DNA of 64,000 bases, from NCBI GenBank assembly GCA_050011555.1, contig JBEKIT010000002.1, forward strand, positions 22,253-86,252, given 5' to 3'. Positions 39,018 through 47,907 of this stretch are shown in pieces. Below the pieces are notes generated by a model, which searched no databases, had not been told where the DNA came from, and saw nothing but the letters and a program-made list of their open reading frames with translations. The position numbers were made by a program, and so were the translations under genes. Source of the DNA: Candidatus Dormibacteria bacterium. Its GTDB lineage: Bacteria > Chloroflexota > Dormibacteria > Aeolococcales > Aeolococcaceae. Within the stretch, counting starts at the first letter, position 1. The number at the start of each line of letters is the position of its first letter.

Positions 39018-40133
39018 CTATTCTGACCTGTCCGATCGGGGGGGCGCTGAACCCCTGCCTCCGGGTCGGGGGTCATGAGCGGCGTTCGTCAGCCGCTCCC
39101 GCACCGAACGGATAGTCCCGTCAAGCCCTCTCTCCGCCAGCTTGGTGACCTCGCGCGCCAGCGCGGCAGTGAGGCGCCTCCGCCGGGTACCGGCGGGCGC
39201 GGCTCGGCGCACCGCGGCACGGCACATGACCGCGACGCGGATCGCCGCGCTCGCCTGCAGCTCGCGATACTCGTCCACCACCGCGGACTGGGACTGGAGC
39301 CGGGCCTGGAGCTCCTCGAGCAGGCTGCCCGGGTCGGCGAGCCCGGGATCGCGCCGCCCGCCGTCCGCCGAGGGGTCGCGTGCCGTCCTGCCGGCCTGAT
39401 CCCCGGGGGGGAGCGGTGGGAGGTCATCGATGCCCTTCCCAAAGATGAAGATGTACTCGTCGTCCTCGCCCGGGCGGGATGCAGCGAACTCCAGCAACTC
39501 CAGGGTGACACCCGCCTCGGCTCGCGCCGCCGCGATCACCTCGAGGAAGCCCTCTGGGCGCCACACGTGGAAATGGATGCTGTAGTCCATCCCCATCAGC
39601 TCCCGAACACGATCCGGGCCGGTGGGCACGCCGGCATCGATCATCCACTCGACGAGGGGCTCCGCGCGTTCCACCCACTCGGCGTAGTGCACCTCGCGGG
39701 TCGCGTCGGTGCCGGTCCGATACTCGCCAGCCACGTGATCGATCGGAGTCAGATCCCTGGCCCGGTCGAAGGTCAGGCGCGGATCGGGCAGCGCCACGTA
39801 GAGAATCCCCCCGGGTCGCAGCACACGCGCCATCTCCTGCAAGCCGCGGATCGGGTTCTCCAAGTGCTCCAAGAGGTGGTTGGCGATTACGAAGTCCTGC
39901 GAGCCGTCGCCGAAGCGCGAGAGGTCCTCGGCGTCGCCGATCAGGTCGACGGGGACCAGCGACTGGTCGCCCAGCTCCGGGTAGTGGCGCTTGAGATCCT
40001 CCGCATTGAAGCGGTCCACGTAGTGAACCGTCGCCGCGGGAGGTACGGCCAGAGGGTTGTGCAGAGCCCCGATCTCGATGCCGGAACCTTGCAGCCATCG
40101 GGCGGCGTGGCTCCGTTTGGCGGTGACCTTCAC
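39018..40133 (-). CDS. Class I SAM-dependent methyltransferase with a C-terminal coiled-coil-like extension
   Basis: ..GSQDFVIANHLLEHLENPIRGLQEMARVLRPGGILYVALPD.. (methyltransferase type 11). GTG start at 40133. The stop lies 10 nt upstream of the next gene start. Confidence 0.7.
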   Translation of the reverse strand: MKVTAKRSHAARWLQGSGIEIGALHNPLAVPPAATVHYVDRFNAEDLKRHYPELGDQSLVPVDLIGDAEDLSRFGDGSQDFVIANHLLEHLENPIRGLQEMARVLRPGGILYVALPDPRLTFDRARDLTPIDHVAGEYRTGTDATREVHYAEWVERAEPLVEWMIDAGVPTGPDRVRELMGMDYSIHFHVWRPEGFLEVIAAARAEAGVTLELLEFAASRPGEDDEYIFIFGKGIDDLPPLPPGDQAGRTARDPSADGGRRDPGLADPGSLLEELQARLQSQSAVVDEYRELQASAAIRVAVMCRAAVRRAAPAGTRRRRLTAALAREVTKLAERGLDGTIRSVRERLTNAAHDPRPGGRGSAPPRSDRSE

Positions 40134-40295
40134 GGGCGCTTGATTCTACCCTTCGCCCCTCGTGTCAACCGGAGCGCCATCTCTCCGAGGCAGTGCCAGC
40201 GCCGGCCCTGCGAGCAGATCCGTTCGCCGGGAGCGCCGGGAGGCACGCGGCGCATGATGGCCAGAACGCCCTCGGACCCCACCATGAGGGAAGGG

Positions 40296-43200
40296 TCAGG
40301 GCTGGAACCAACCGGCCACGTCAACGATGGCGTTGATGCTGCCCAGGTCGTTGAAGAGGTCCATCTCTCCCGCCGAGCTCCCCGTGCTTGCCAGCTGGAC
40401 GATGCACAGGTTGGGGGTGTTCTGCTGCGGGCTGACGTTCAGGTCGCTGGCATTGGGTAGCGCGACATTGGCCGGGTAGAGGGTGAAGTAGGTGAAGGCG
40501 CTCCCCGACACCGCGGTGACGTTGGCGATCACCGCCACCGGCGGCGAGCTGCCGCCCGCGGGGGGCGGGCCGTCCACCCCCGCCACCGGAATCCTCAGGG
40601 TCCCACCCGGTCCGAGGGTGTCGCCGGAGCACTCGGTGGAGTACCCGACGCTGGCTACGCTGCGCGTGTCGCAGATGCGGGTGGGTGAGATCGCGTAGAA
40701 CTCCGCGCCTTGGCTACTCTCGCTCCCGGTCCCGAACCAGCCATTGACATCGAGGATGAAGTTGATGGTGCCCAGGGAGTTGTAGACGCAGACGCCCTGG
40801 TCCGGTCCTAGGGGCACGATCACCCGGTTGGGGAGATTGGTCTGCGGGTTCACGTTGACGTTGGAGAACTGGGGCGTCCCGCTCGGACAGGTGCCACCGA
40901 CTCCGGCGGGCTCCACTGCCATATAGGTGAGCGAGGTCCCCGAGACCGCGGTCAGATTGAGGGCCACCGCCGCCGCGTCCGTGGTCGGCACCGAGGTGCA
41001 GGTGGGGTCGCCGCTGGGGCAGCCACTGACCACCACCTTGGTCCACTGGCCGGGGCCCAGGGGGCTGCCCGAGCAAGCGGTGCCCGTCCCCGAGCGGCTG
41101 TCGCAGATCCGGAGCGGGGAGATGGGGTGGAAGAGCCCGGGGATCGACGAGGAGCCGGAGGGTCCGGCGAAGTACCCCTGCACGTCGACCGCGATGTTGA
41201 TCGAGCCGAGCGAGTTGTAGATGCTCACCTGGCCGTCCGTCCCCAGTGCGACCACCACCAGGTTGGCCTGGTTGCTCGCCGCGTCGACGTTGAGGTTGGA
41301 GGCGGTGGGCACCGCCGAGCCGGCCGGGTACACCGTCAGGAAGGTGCCGGCGGTGCCGCTGATGGCGGTGACGTTGAGCACTACCGACTGAGCGTCGCTG
41401 GGCACCGACTCGCTGTCCACAGTGACCCCGGTTACCGGGAAGGTCATGGTCTGGCCCTGCCCCAGCGGGTCGTCGCTCGAGCACTCGGTCGAGTACCCGG
41501 TGACGGCGGAGCTGCGCGTGTCGCAGATCCGGAAGGGTTGCAACGCGGTGTACGCCGTCGCAGTCGGGTAGGTAAACGACGAGCTCTGGATTCCGGAGCC
41601 GAGGACACTCGACCCGTCGACCGGGACCGTGCCGCTGCCCGCCGGAACGACGACCGTCGCCTGCGTGGCATTCGCGGACACCACCTGCGCGGGGGTCCCC
41701 CCGAAAGAGATGGTCGCGTGCTCCAGTCCCAATCCGAACACGGTCACCTCGGTCCCCGGCAGCCCCATGGACGGCTGGATCGAGGTGATCTCAGGACAGG
41801 ACAGCCCGGCCGCCCGGGGTGAGCCGAGACCGGTCGCACCGTCATACCCCGATGTTGCCGGGTACTCGCCGCCGTTCGACCCGGTCATGTCGTTGTTGCC
41901 GCTCGTGACGTCGGTCAACGCAGTTCCGTAGGCGCCCTCCGCGGCGAGCCCGTACAACGCCGGGGTCCACAGCCCGCTGGACGTTGTGCAGCCGTCGTTT
42001 CTGTCGGCCACCAGGCCTGCCACCAGCGGCGCTGCGAAACTGGTCCCTCCCCCCGCGGCCCAGCTGCCGTCGGCATAGACGACCATGCCGACGCCGGCGT
42101 TCGCGGAGATGTCCGGCACCTCCCGGCAGGACGGGCCGCAGGGTGGGAGTGAGCCCGTCCACTCCAGGACCCCGGGCTGCCAGTTCGGCCTCTGAATGTA
42201 GATCGACATCCCTCCACCGCCGGCGGCCATGCCGCCATCGTCCACTGCGCAGGGGAGGCTCTCGTCGGTCTGGCAGAAGTTCCACGTGACCTCATCCGAC
42301 GGCGAGAACAGCTCTGTGCCACCCACGGTGGTCACATCCTCGTCCGATGCGGGATAGTCGACCTCCAGCGACGTCGAGCCGTTCTGAGCAAAGCAGCCCT
42401 CGGACCCCGAGTCGCCGGCGGCTGCCACCACGGTCTGCCCCTGCGCCGCCGCCTCCTCGAACAGCGTCGGGAACGAAGAGAGATCGCCATCCTCGGAAGC
42501 GAGTGGCTCGCACTCGCCCCAGCTGGTCGAGATCACCTGGGCGGCGTCCGCATGCACGATGGCGTACCAGGTGTCGTACGCGCCCGTGTCCGTGTCGTTT
42601 GGTCCCTCGTAGGAGATGATCGATGCGCCGGGAGCCTGGGTGGCGGCCTGCTCGATGTCGAGGTCAGCCTCGGCGGTGCCGCCCCCCCCAACCGCGCCGC
42701 CCCCTCCATCCACGGGCACCGTGCTGACCGAGTCAGTGAGGCCGAAACAGCTCTCGTAGGTCTCCACGTCGGTGACCGAGTGCGAGGCCAGCTCGTAGAG
42801 GCCGATGGTCTCTCCGTGACCGTTCTGACCGTCGACCAGCAGCGTACCGATCCCGTAGGCGGCGCCCAGCTCGTCCAGCGTGTAGTAGTCACCGGATGGC
42901 GTGGTGGCCGCCCTCACCGCCGCCGCGCATGGGGTCAGGCCATCCGCTTCTGGCTGCGGTGAGATGCCGCCCGAGACCGCAGGAGCCGGCGTGCTCAGCG
43001 GCACGAACTGGGTGAGCGTGTTCAGACCGAGAATCGCGGATATCTGGCCTCCCGCGAGCGACTCGGGAACCAGTGGCGTCTGCTGGGCCAGGTAGCCGTC
43101 GGCGCCCGATCGAGCACGATACCGTTCGAACGACGTGCCCAAGGCCGTGGCAACGTCCTGTTCTGAAGCCGAGATGTCAACGGCGAAGCCCGCGAGTGAG

Positions 43201-43598
43201 GTGGACATCAAGCCGGCTCCGTGCAGCCATGAGTCGACAGCGGAGACACTCGCTGGCGATGGCCCGAAGTCCGCAAGGAACTCTGCCGAGCTGAGCCAGT
43301 CGTGAAAGAGTGGCGACTGCGGGTTGTACAGATCCTGCAGAAGTGCCTGCAGCGCGCCCTGGTTCGACGGCGGGAGTACGACCCTGAGGTCGATCGTCTG
43401 CGACGCGGGCAGGGGTCCGAGCACGCTCGCCCCGGGCGGTGCGGCTCCAGGAGCAAGGTGCTCGGGACGGACCCACGACCCTCCCGCCGCAGAGACGCCC
43501 GCCCCGAATCCAATCAGCACGCACGCCACGGCGACGAGGACCGCGACTCCACGGCCGACCGGACCTCCTGTCATCGTGATTGCGCCTTTTCGCATCAC
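40296..43598 (-). CDS. Secreted sedolisin (S53) serine peptidase with a pro-kumamolisin activation domain, IPT/TIG, and a C-terminal triplicated GWFQ module (subfamily 1)
   Basis: Signal/TM ..VAVLVAVACVLIGFGAGVSAAG. Pro-domain ..QTIDLRVVLPPSNQGALQALL... Catalytic ..SWGECE.. and ..GGTSFAAPLVAGL... IPT ..PEITSIQPSMGLPGTEVTVFGLG... Three repeats from TAYTALQPFRICDTR. Ends ..VAGWFQP. Confidence 0.75.
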   Translation of the reverse strand: MMRKGAITMTGGPVGRGVAVLVAVACVLIGFGAGVSAAGGSWVRPEHLAPGAAPPGASVLGPLPASQTIDLRVVLPPSNQGALQALLQDLYNPQSPLFHDWLSSAEFLADFGPSPASVSAVDSWLHGAGLMSTSLAGFAVDISASEQDVATALGTSFERYRARSGADGYLAQQTPLVPESLAGGQISAILGLNTLTQFVPLSTPAPAVSGGISPQPEADGLTPCAAAVRAATTPSGDYYTLDELGAAYGIGTLLVDGQNGHGETIGLYELASHSVTDVETYESCFGLTDSVSTVPVDGGGGAVGGGGTAEADLDIEQAATQAPGASIISYEGPNDTDTGAYDTWYAIVHADAAQVISTSWGECEPLASEDGDLSSFPTLFEEAAAQGQTVVAAAGDSGSEGCFAQNGSTSLEVDYPASDEDVTTVGGTELFSPSDEVTWNFCQTDESLPCAVDDGGMAAGGGGMSIYIQRPNWQPGVLEWTGSLPPCGPSCREVPDISANAGVGMVVYADGSWAAGGGTSFAAPLVAGLVADRNDGCTTSSGLWTPALYGLAAEGAYGTALTDVTSGNNDMTGSNGGEYPATSGYDGATGLGSPRAAGLSCPEITSIQPSMGLPGTEVTVFGLGLEHATISFGGTPAQVVSANATQATVVVPAGSGTVPVDGSSVLGSGIQSSSFTYPTATAYTALQPFRICDTRSSAVTGYSTECSSDDPLGQGQTMTFPVTGVTVDSESVPSDAQSVVLNVTAISGTAGTFLTVYPAGSAVPTASNLNVDAASNQANLVVVALGTDGQVSIYNSLGSINIAVDVQGYFAGPSGSSSIPGLFHPISPLRICDSRSGTGTACSGSPLGPGQWTKVVVSGCPSGDPTCTSVPTTDAAAVALNLTAVSGTSLTYMAVEPAGVGGTCPSGTPQFSNVNVNPQTNLPNRVIVPLGPDQGVCVYNSLGTINFILDVNGWFGTGSESSQGAEFYAISPTRICDTRSVASVGYSTECSGDTLGPGGTLRIPVAGVDGPPPAGGSSPPVAVIANVTAVSGSAFTYFTLYPANVALPNASDLNVSPQQNTPNLCIVQLASTGSSAGEMDLFNDLGSINAIVDVAGWFQP

Positions 43599-43754
43599 GG
43601 GGCGAGTGTAGCGACCCAGCCTTCCAAGAGATCGGGAAGCTGTTACAAAGCGCGGGCGCTCTCACCCCGGCTCCGGCTCTGCTCCGGCCCGAGGCATCCA
43701 TCCTCGATGCTGCGAGGCAGAGGAGCGGGGTCTCAATCGGCGCGTCGCCCGCCT

Positions 43755-44192
43755 CTACCCCAGCTCGAGGCGCTCGATGCGGCCCTCGCGGCAGTCGACC
43801 GTCGCGTTCAGGTGATGGCTCAGTGGCCCGGCGGGCACCGGCGCCAGGGACGGCCCCCAGACCACCCCGTCGTCGGCGACCTCCAGCTCGACGTCGACCT
43901 CGTCGGGCGTCTCCTCCCGCCAGTAGGCGGCGGTGACGCAGCGCTCGCCGGCGTCCTCCAGGGACGAGGCGGCGCGGCCGATCAGGTGGTAGGTCTCGGG
44001 ATCGCCGCGGACTGCATCCAGGGCGTCGCCGTCCAGGTAGTCGAGGCGGGGCTGCTGGACGGCGTCGAGCTGGGCCAGGTCGCCGAGCAGGCGGCTGAGC
44101 AGCTCCGATAGCCGGGTGGTCTCCGAAGCCCGGACCGCCGCATCCTTGCTCCAGCCCGAGCCCCGAGCCGGTTCCACATGGATGAAGGTCAT
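43755..44192 (-). CDS. Hypothetical acidic cytoplasmic protein (145 aa)
   Basis: ATG at 44192 with a purine-rich upstream stretch. No recognisable family. The extension to 44360 is unsupported. Confidence 0.3.
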   Translation of the reverse strand: MTFIHVEPARGSGWSKDAAVRASETTRLSELLSRLLGDLAQLDAVQQPRLDYLDGDALDAVRGDPETYHLIGRAASSLEDAGERCVTAAYWREETPDEVDVELEVADDGVVWGPSLAPVPAGPLSHHLNATVDCREGRIERLELG

Positions 44193-44384
44193 CTCTCTTA
44201 TCTCTTCTCCCCTCCGTGCGCCGCCACGGCAGCGCCCCGGACGATGCATGATAGCCGAGTTCGGCGTGATTCGCACTCCGGCTGGGTCGCCGTGTGCGCT
44301 CCCAGAAGACGTCCGTCCTGAGGGTGGCGCGACCTCTTCCTCCCAGGGAGGGTCCGGCACCTCGAGCGGTCAGAATGGCGGCCT

Positions 44385-46013
44385 GTGCGGGTTCCCCGAC
44401 CGGCTCGATCCGCCGGTGCCCCGATCCTGAGAGGGGTGCGCCGGCCTGCCGTCGCCGTCGCCGGCTCGGTGGCCCTCTTCGCGCTGCTGGCGCTCGCCAT
44501 CGGGCGCCTCAGCCAGCAGGTGCCCCTCAACTCCGACCAGGCGAGCTCGGTGCTCGAGGGCTGGGCGATGGCTCACGGCAACCCGCTGCTGAGCGGGTGG
44601 ACGCTCCCCTCCGACGGCTTCTTCACCGACAAGCTCCCCCTGCTGGCGCTCCTGGAGAGGTTCCAGGGGCTCACCCCCGAGGTCGTGTACGAGGTCTCCG
44701 GGCTGCTCGGCGCGGGGGTGGTGGTGGCCGGGATCTGGCTGGCCGGTGGCCGGCTCCACGGCCGGACCCGCGTGCTGGCCATGCTGGTCACCGGCGTCCT
44801 GCTTGCCTCCCAGGCCCTGCTCATCCCGGGGGTCGAGGGGTCGTTCCCGGGTGGGGCGATGCTGCCCGCCGGTTCCGACCACGCCGCCACCCTCCTGCTC
44901 CTCCTGGTGGCTTGCCTGGCCCTCCAGCGCTGGACGCGGTCGTGGATCGGGCCGGCCGTCGCCTGGGTGGCGCTGACGGCGGCGTCGATCGGCGACCCGC
45001 TCGCGGCGGTGGTAGGGGGAGGGGCGCTCACGGTGGTGGGCGCGGTCGGGCTGGCCACCCGGCGGCGTGCGGCCGCCGATCGCGAAGGTCCCGGTCTGGA
45101 CGCGGCGCTGGTCGTCATCGGTGTCACCTCGGCCATTGCGGTCCCGATCGCGTGGTGGTCGATCCGCCGCCTGGGCGGCTTCACCGCCGCGCCCCTCCTC
45201 GGCGGTGGGTACGGGCTGCCCGCCCCGGTCTCCTCGCTCGGCCACAACCTCTCGGTGGGCGGTCGGGCTCTCCTCACCGTCTTCGGCGCCGACGTGATCG
45301 ACCAACCGGCCGGGCTCGGCTGGGCGGCGGCGCTCCTCCACCTCTGCGGGCTGGCCATGGTGCTGGCGGTGCTGGTCTGGCTGCTCCGGCCCCGGCGATG
45401 GCTCGGCCTCGATCTGGTGTCGCGAGTGCTGACCGTCGGGCTGCTGCTCGACGCCGCCGCCTACCTCGCCGGCCAGCAGGCCACCGACCTGACCTCGGCC
45501 CGCTACCTGGTCTCCCTCCTCGGCTTCGGCGCCGTGCTGGCGGGGCGCGAGGGAGTGCCTCGGCTGATCGCTCGCGGGCCGCGTCTCCGAGTCGGGCTGC
45601 TGGCCCTGGTCGCCGCCTACGCAGGGGTCTTCGCCGCGGGGGCGGTGACCGCCCAGCCCGCCCCCCCGCCGCTCGCCGGGGTGACCGCGTGGCTTGCCCG
45701 GCACGGGGCGACCTACGGGCTCGGGACCTACTGGGACGCGAACGTGGTGACGGTCAGCACGCATGGGGAGATCGCGGTGCGCTCCGTCGACACGCCCGCG
45801 GAGGCGCCCCGGCCATTCCTATGGCACTCGACGACCGCCTGGTATGACCCCGCCACCCAACGCGCCACATTCATCCTCCTGGCAAGCACCGACACCACCG
45901 ATCGGGTGGCCTTCGAGGCGGTCCTGGGCGACCCCATCGAGACGGCGACGGTGGGGGACACCACCATCATGGTGTGGTCGAGGAATCTCCTGGGTGAACT
46001 CTGGTCGCCGTGA
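44385..46013 (+). CDS. Polytopic membrane protein with a C-terminal extracytoplasmic domain. Possibly a glycosyltransferase-like (GT-C-like) membrane enzyme.
   Basis: More than 10 hydrophobic helices and a C-terminal soluble ~100 aa. No firm family assignment. Confidence 0.45.
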   Translation: MRVPRPARSAGAPILRGVRRPAVAVAGSVALFALLALAIGRLSQQVPLNSDQASSVLEGWAMAHGNPLLSGWTLPSDGFFTDKLPLLALLERFQGLTPEVVYEVSGLLGAGVVVAGIWLAGGRLHGRTRVLAMLVTGVLLASQALLIPGVEGSFPGGAMLPAGSDHAATLLLLLVACLALQRWTRSWIGPAVAWVALTAASIGDPLAAVVGGGALTVVGAVGLATRRRAAADREGPGLDAALVVIGVTSAIAVPIAWWSIRRLGGFTAAPLLGGGYGLPAPVSSLGHNLSVGGRALLTVFGADVIDQPAGLGWAAALLHLCGLAMVLAVLVWLLRPRRWLGLDLVSRVLTVGLLLDAAAYLAGQQATDLTSARYLVSLLGFGAVLAGREGVPRLIARGPRLRVGLLALVAAYAGVFAAGAVTAQPAPPPLAGVTAWLARHGATYGLGTYWDANVVTVSTHGEIAVRSVDTPAEAPRPFLWHSTTAWYDPATQRATFILLASTDTTDRVAFEAVLGDPIETATVGDTTIMVWSRNLLGELWSP

Positions 46014-46136
46014 GGACGGACCCCCTTCTGCGCGGCAGGACGCACCCAGCGACCGCTCGAGGCCGGGCCATGACGCGTCCACGCCCGGCCATGACGCCCG
46101 CGGGAGCCGCCGCGCCGGCTCCGTAGACTGGTCGAG

Positions 46137-47324
46137 GTGAAGCCCCTCTACCTGGACCACGCCGCCACCACCCCGCTCGACCCCGAGGTGCGGGCGGCGA
46201 TGCTGACCTGGCTCGGGGACCGGTTCGGCAACCCGTCGTCGGTCCACGGGCACGGCCGGCAGGCCCGCGCCGCCGTGGACGAGGCCCGGGACCGGGTGGC
46301 CGACGCCGCCGGCTGCGCGGCCCGCGAGGTCACCTTCACCTCGGGCGGCACCGAGGCCGACAACCTGGCCCTCCGCGGGGTGCTGGAGCGATGGGGTCCG
46401 GAGCGGGGCCGCCACCTGGTGGTCAGCGCGGTCGAGCACGAGGCGGTCCTGGCCACCGCGGACGCGCTCGCCGGGGCCGGCCGGGCCGAGCTGACCGTGG
46501 TCGGCTGCGATCGCAGCGGCCGGGTCGATCCCGCCGAGGTGGCTGCCGCGATCCGGCCCGACACGGTCCTGGTGTCCGTGATGCTCGCCAACAACGAGAT
46601 CGGCACCGTCGAGGACGTCGCCTCGATCGCCGGCGCCGTCCGCGCCCGCAACCCGCGGGCGCTGGTCCACACCGATGCGGTCCAGGCCCTGGGCCGGCTC
46701 CCCCTGGGACTCGACGCCCTCGGGGTGGACCTGATCAGCCTCAGCGCCCACAAGGCGTACGGCCCCCAGGGGGTGGGTGCGCTGGTGGCGCGACACGGCG
46801 TCTTCCCGGCGGCCCAGCTCACCGGCGGCGGCCAGGAGCGCGGCCGCCGCAGCGGTACCGAGAACGTCGCCGGCGTCGCCGGCTTCGGGGTGGCCGCCGA
46901 CTTGGCGGACCGGCGGCGGGAGACCGACGTCGCGGGGCTGGTCAACCTCACTGGTCGGCTGACCAACCTACTCACCGCAATCCCCGGGGTCGAGCCCACC
47001 GGCGATCGGACCCGCCGGCTCCCCGGCCTCTGCAGCTTCGTCGTGGCCGGATGTCGCAGCGATCTTCTGCTCGCGGTCCTCGACGAGCTGGGCGTCTGCG
47101 CCTCGGCGGGGAGCGCCTGCTCCAGCGGGGCGCCGGTCCCCTCCCACGTGCTGGCCGCCATGGGCTTTGGTGAGCTCTCCGGCTGCGCGCTGCGGCTGGC
47201 GCTGGGCCGCTCGACCACCGAGGCCGACGTCGACGTGGCCGCCGCACGGGTCGAGCGGGCGGTCAGCCGCATCCGCTCGGCGGGGTCGGCGGCCGGCTCG
47301 GCGGCGGCAGCCGCTGCCGGGTGA
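46137..47324 (+). CDS. Cysteine desulfurase, group I (IscS/NifS-like)
   Basis: GTG start. ..LYLDHAATTP.., PLP-lysine motif ..SLSAHKAYGPQG.., and the group-I loop ..ASAGSACSSG... Confidence 0.8.
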   Translation: MKPLYLDHAATTPLDPEVRAAMLTWLGDRFGNPSSVHGHGRQARAAVDEARDRVADAAGCAAREVTFTSGGTEADNLALRGVLERWGPERGRHLVVSAVEHEAVLATADALAGAGRAELTVVGCDRSGRVDPAEVAAAIRPDTVLVSVMLANNEIGTVEDVASIAGAVRARNPRALVHTDAVQALGRLPLGLDALGVDLISLSAHKAYGPQGVGALVARHGVFPAAQLTGGGQERGRRSGTENVAGVAGFGVAADLADRRRETDVAGLVNLTGRLTNLLTAIPGVEPTGDRTRRLPGLCSFVVAGCRSDLLLAVLDELGVCASAGSACSSGAPVPSHVLAAMGFGELSGCALRLALGRSTTEADVDVAAARVERAVSRIRSAGSAAGSAAAAAAG

Positions 47325-47363
47325 GCCCCTGAGCCGGGACGGCAGTGACCGGCCCGGACCGCG

Positions 47364-47391
47364 TACAATTCCCGGTATGACAGTCGGGATT
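47364..47391 (+). promoter_or_regulatory. Candidate promoter -10 (TACAAT) overlapping an IscR-type-1-like imperfect palindrome, 22 nt upstream of the Rrf2 gene
   Basis: gcgTACAATTCCCGGTATGACAGTCGGGATTcc. The half-sites AATCCCGAC and GTCGGGATT resemble the E. coli IscR type-1 half-sites (ATAGTTGAC...ACTCGGGAAT), matched from memory. Confidence 0.35.
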
Positions 47392-47412
47392 CCGGCGACG
47401 GCCTCGTTCAGC

Positions 47413-47907
47413 ATGCGGGTGAGCTCCAAAGCTCACTACGGCCTGCGGATGATGACCGAGTTCGCCCGGGCCTATGGAAGCGGTCCGATGAGCCTTGCGG
47501 AGGTCTCCCGGATCGAGCACCTGCCCCTCTCCTACCTCGAGCAGCTCGCCGCCCAGCTCCGCCGTGGCGGGCTGGTCGAGTCCACCCGCGGGGTGCACGG
47601 CGGCTACCGCCTGACCCGCCACCCTGCCCTGATCTCGGTGCTCGAGGTGGTCGAGGTGGTCGAGGGAGAGGTGTCACCGGTGGAGTGCGTCGCCCACGAT
47701 TACGTCCCGGGCAGCTGCATCCGGGAGGGGGACTGCGCCTCCCAGCCGCTCTGGCGCCGGCTCAAGGCGTCGATCGACGCCGTGCTCAGCCAGACCACCC
47801 TCGCCGAGCTGGTCGCCGACCACGCCCTCGTCAGCAGCTTCGCCCCGCTGCCCGTGCTCCCCGACCGGGGGCGCCGGGGGGCGGTTCAGGAGGTGGCCCA
47901 TGCCTGA
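47413..47907 (+). CDS. Rrf2 family transcriptional regulator (IscR/SufR-like), first gene of the suf operon
   Basis: MRVSSKAHYGLRMMTEFA.. winged-helix Rrf2 N-terminus. Cys cluster C..C.....C (..VECVAHDYVPGSCIREGDCAS..) consistent with Fe-S ligation. Overlaps sufC by 8 nt. Confidence 0.75.
   Translation: MRVSSKAHYGLRMMTEFARAYGSGPMSLAEVSRIEHLPLSYLEQLAAQLRRGGLVESTRGVHGGYRLTRHPALISVLEVVEVVEGEVSPVECVAHDYVPGSCIREGDCASQPLWRRLKASIDAVLSQTTLAELVADHALVSSFAPLPVLPDRGRRGAVQEVAHA

Noticed and set aside
46055-46100. Tandem CCGGGCCATGACGC / CCCGGCCATGACGC repeat upstream of the desulfurase gene
   Set aside because: Only two short copies are present, and there is no flanking structure or promoter-like feature. 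Likely a chance duplication.
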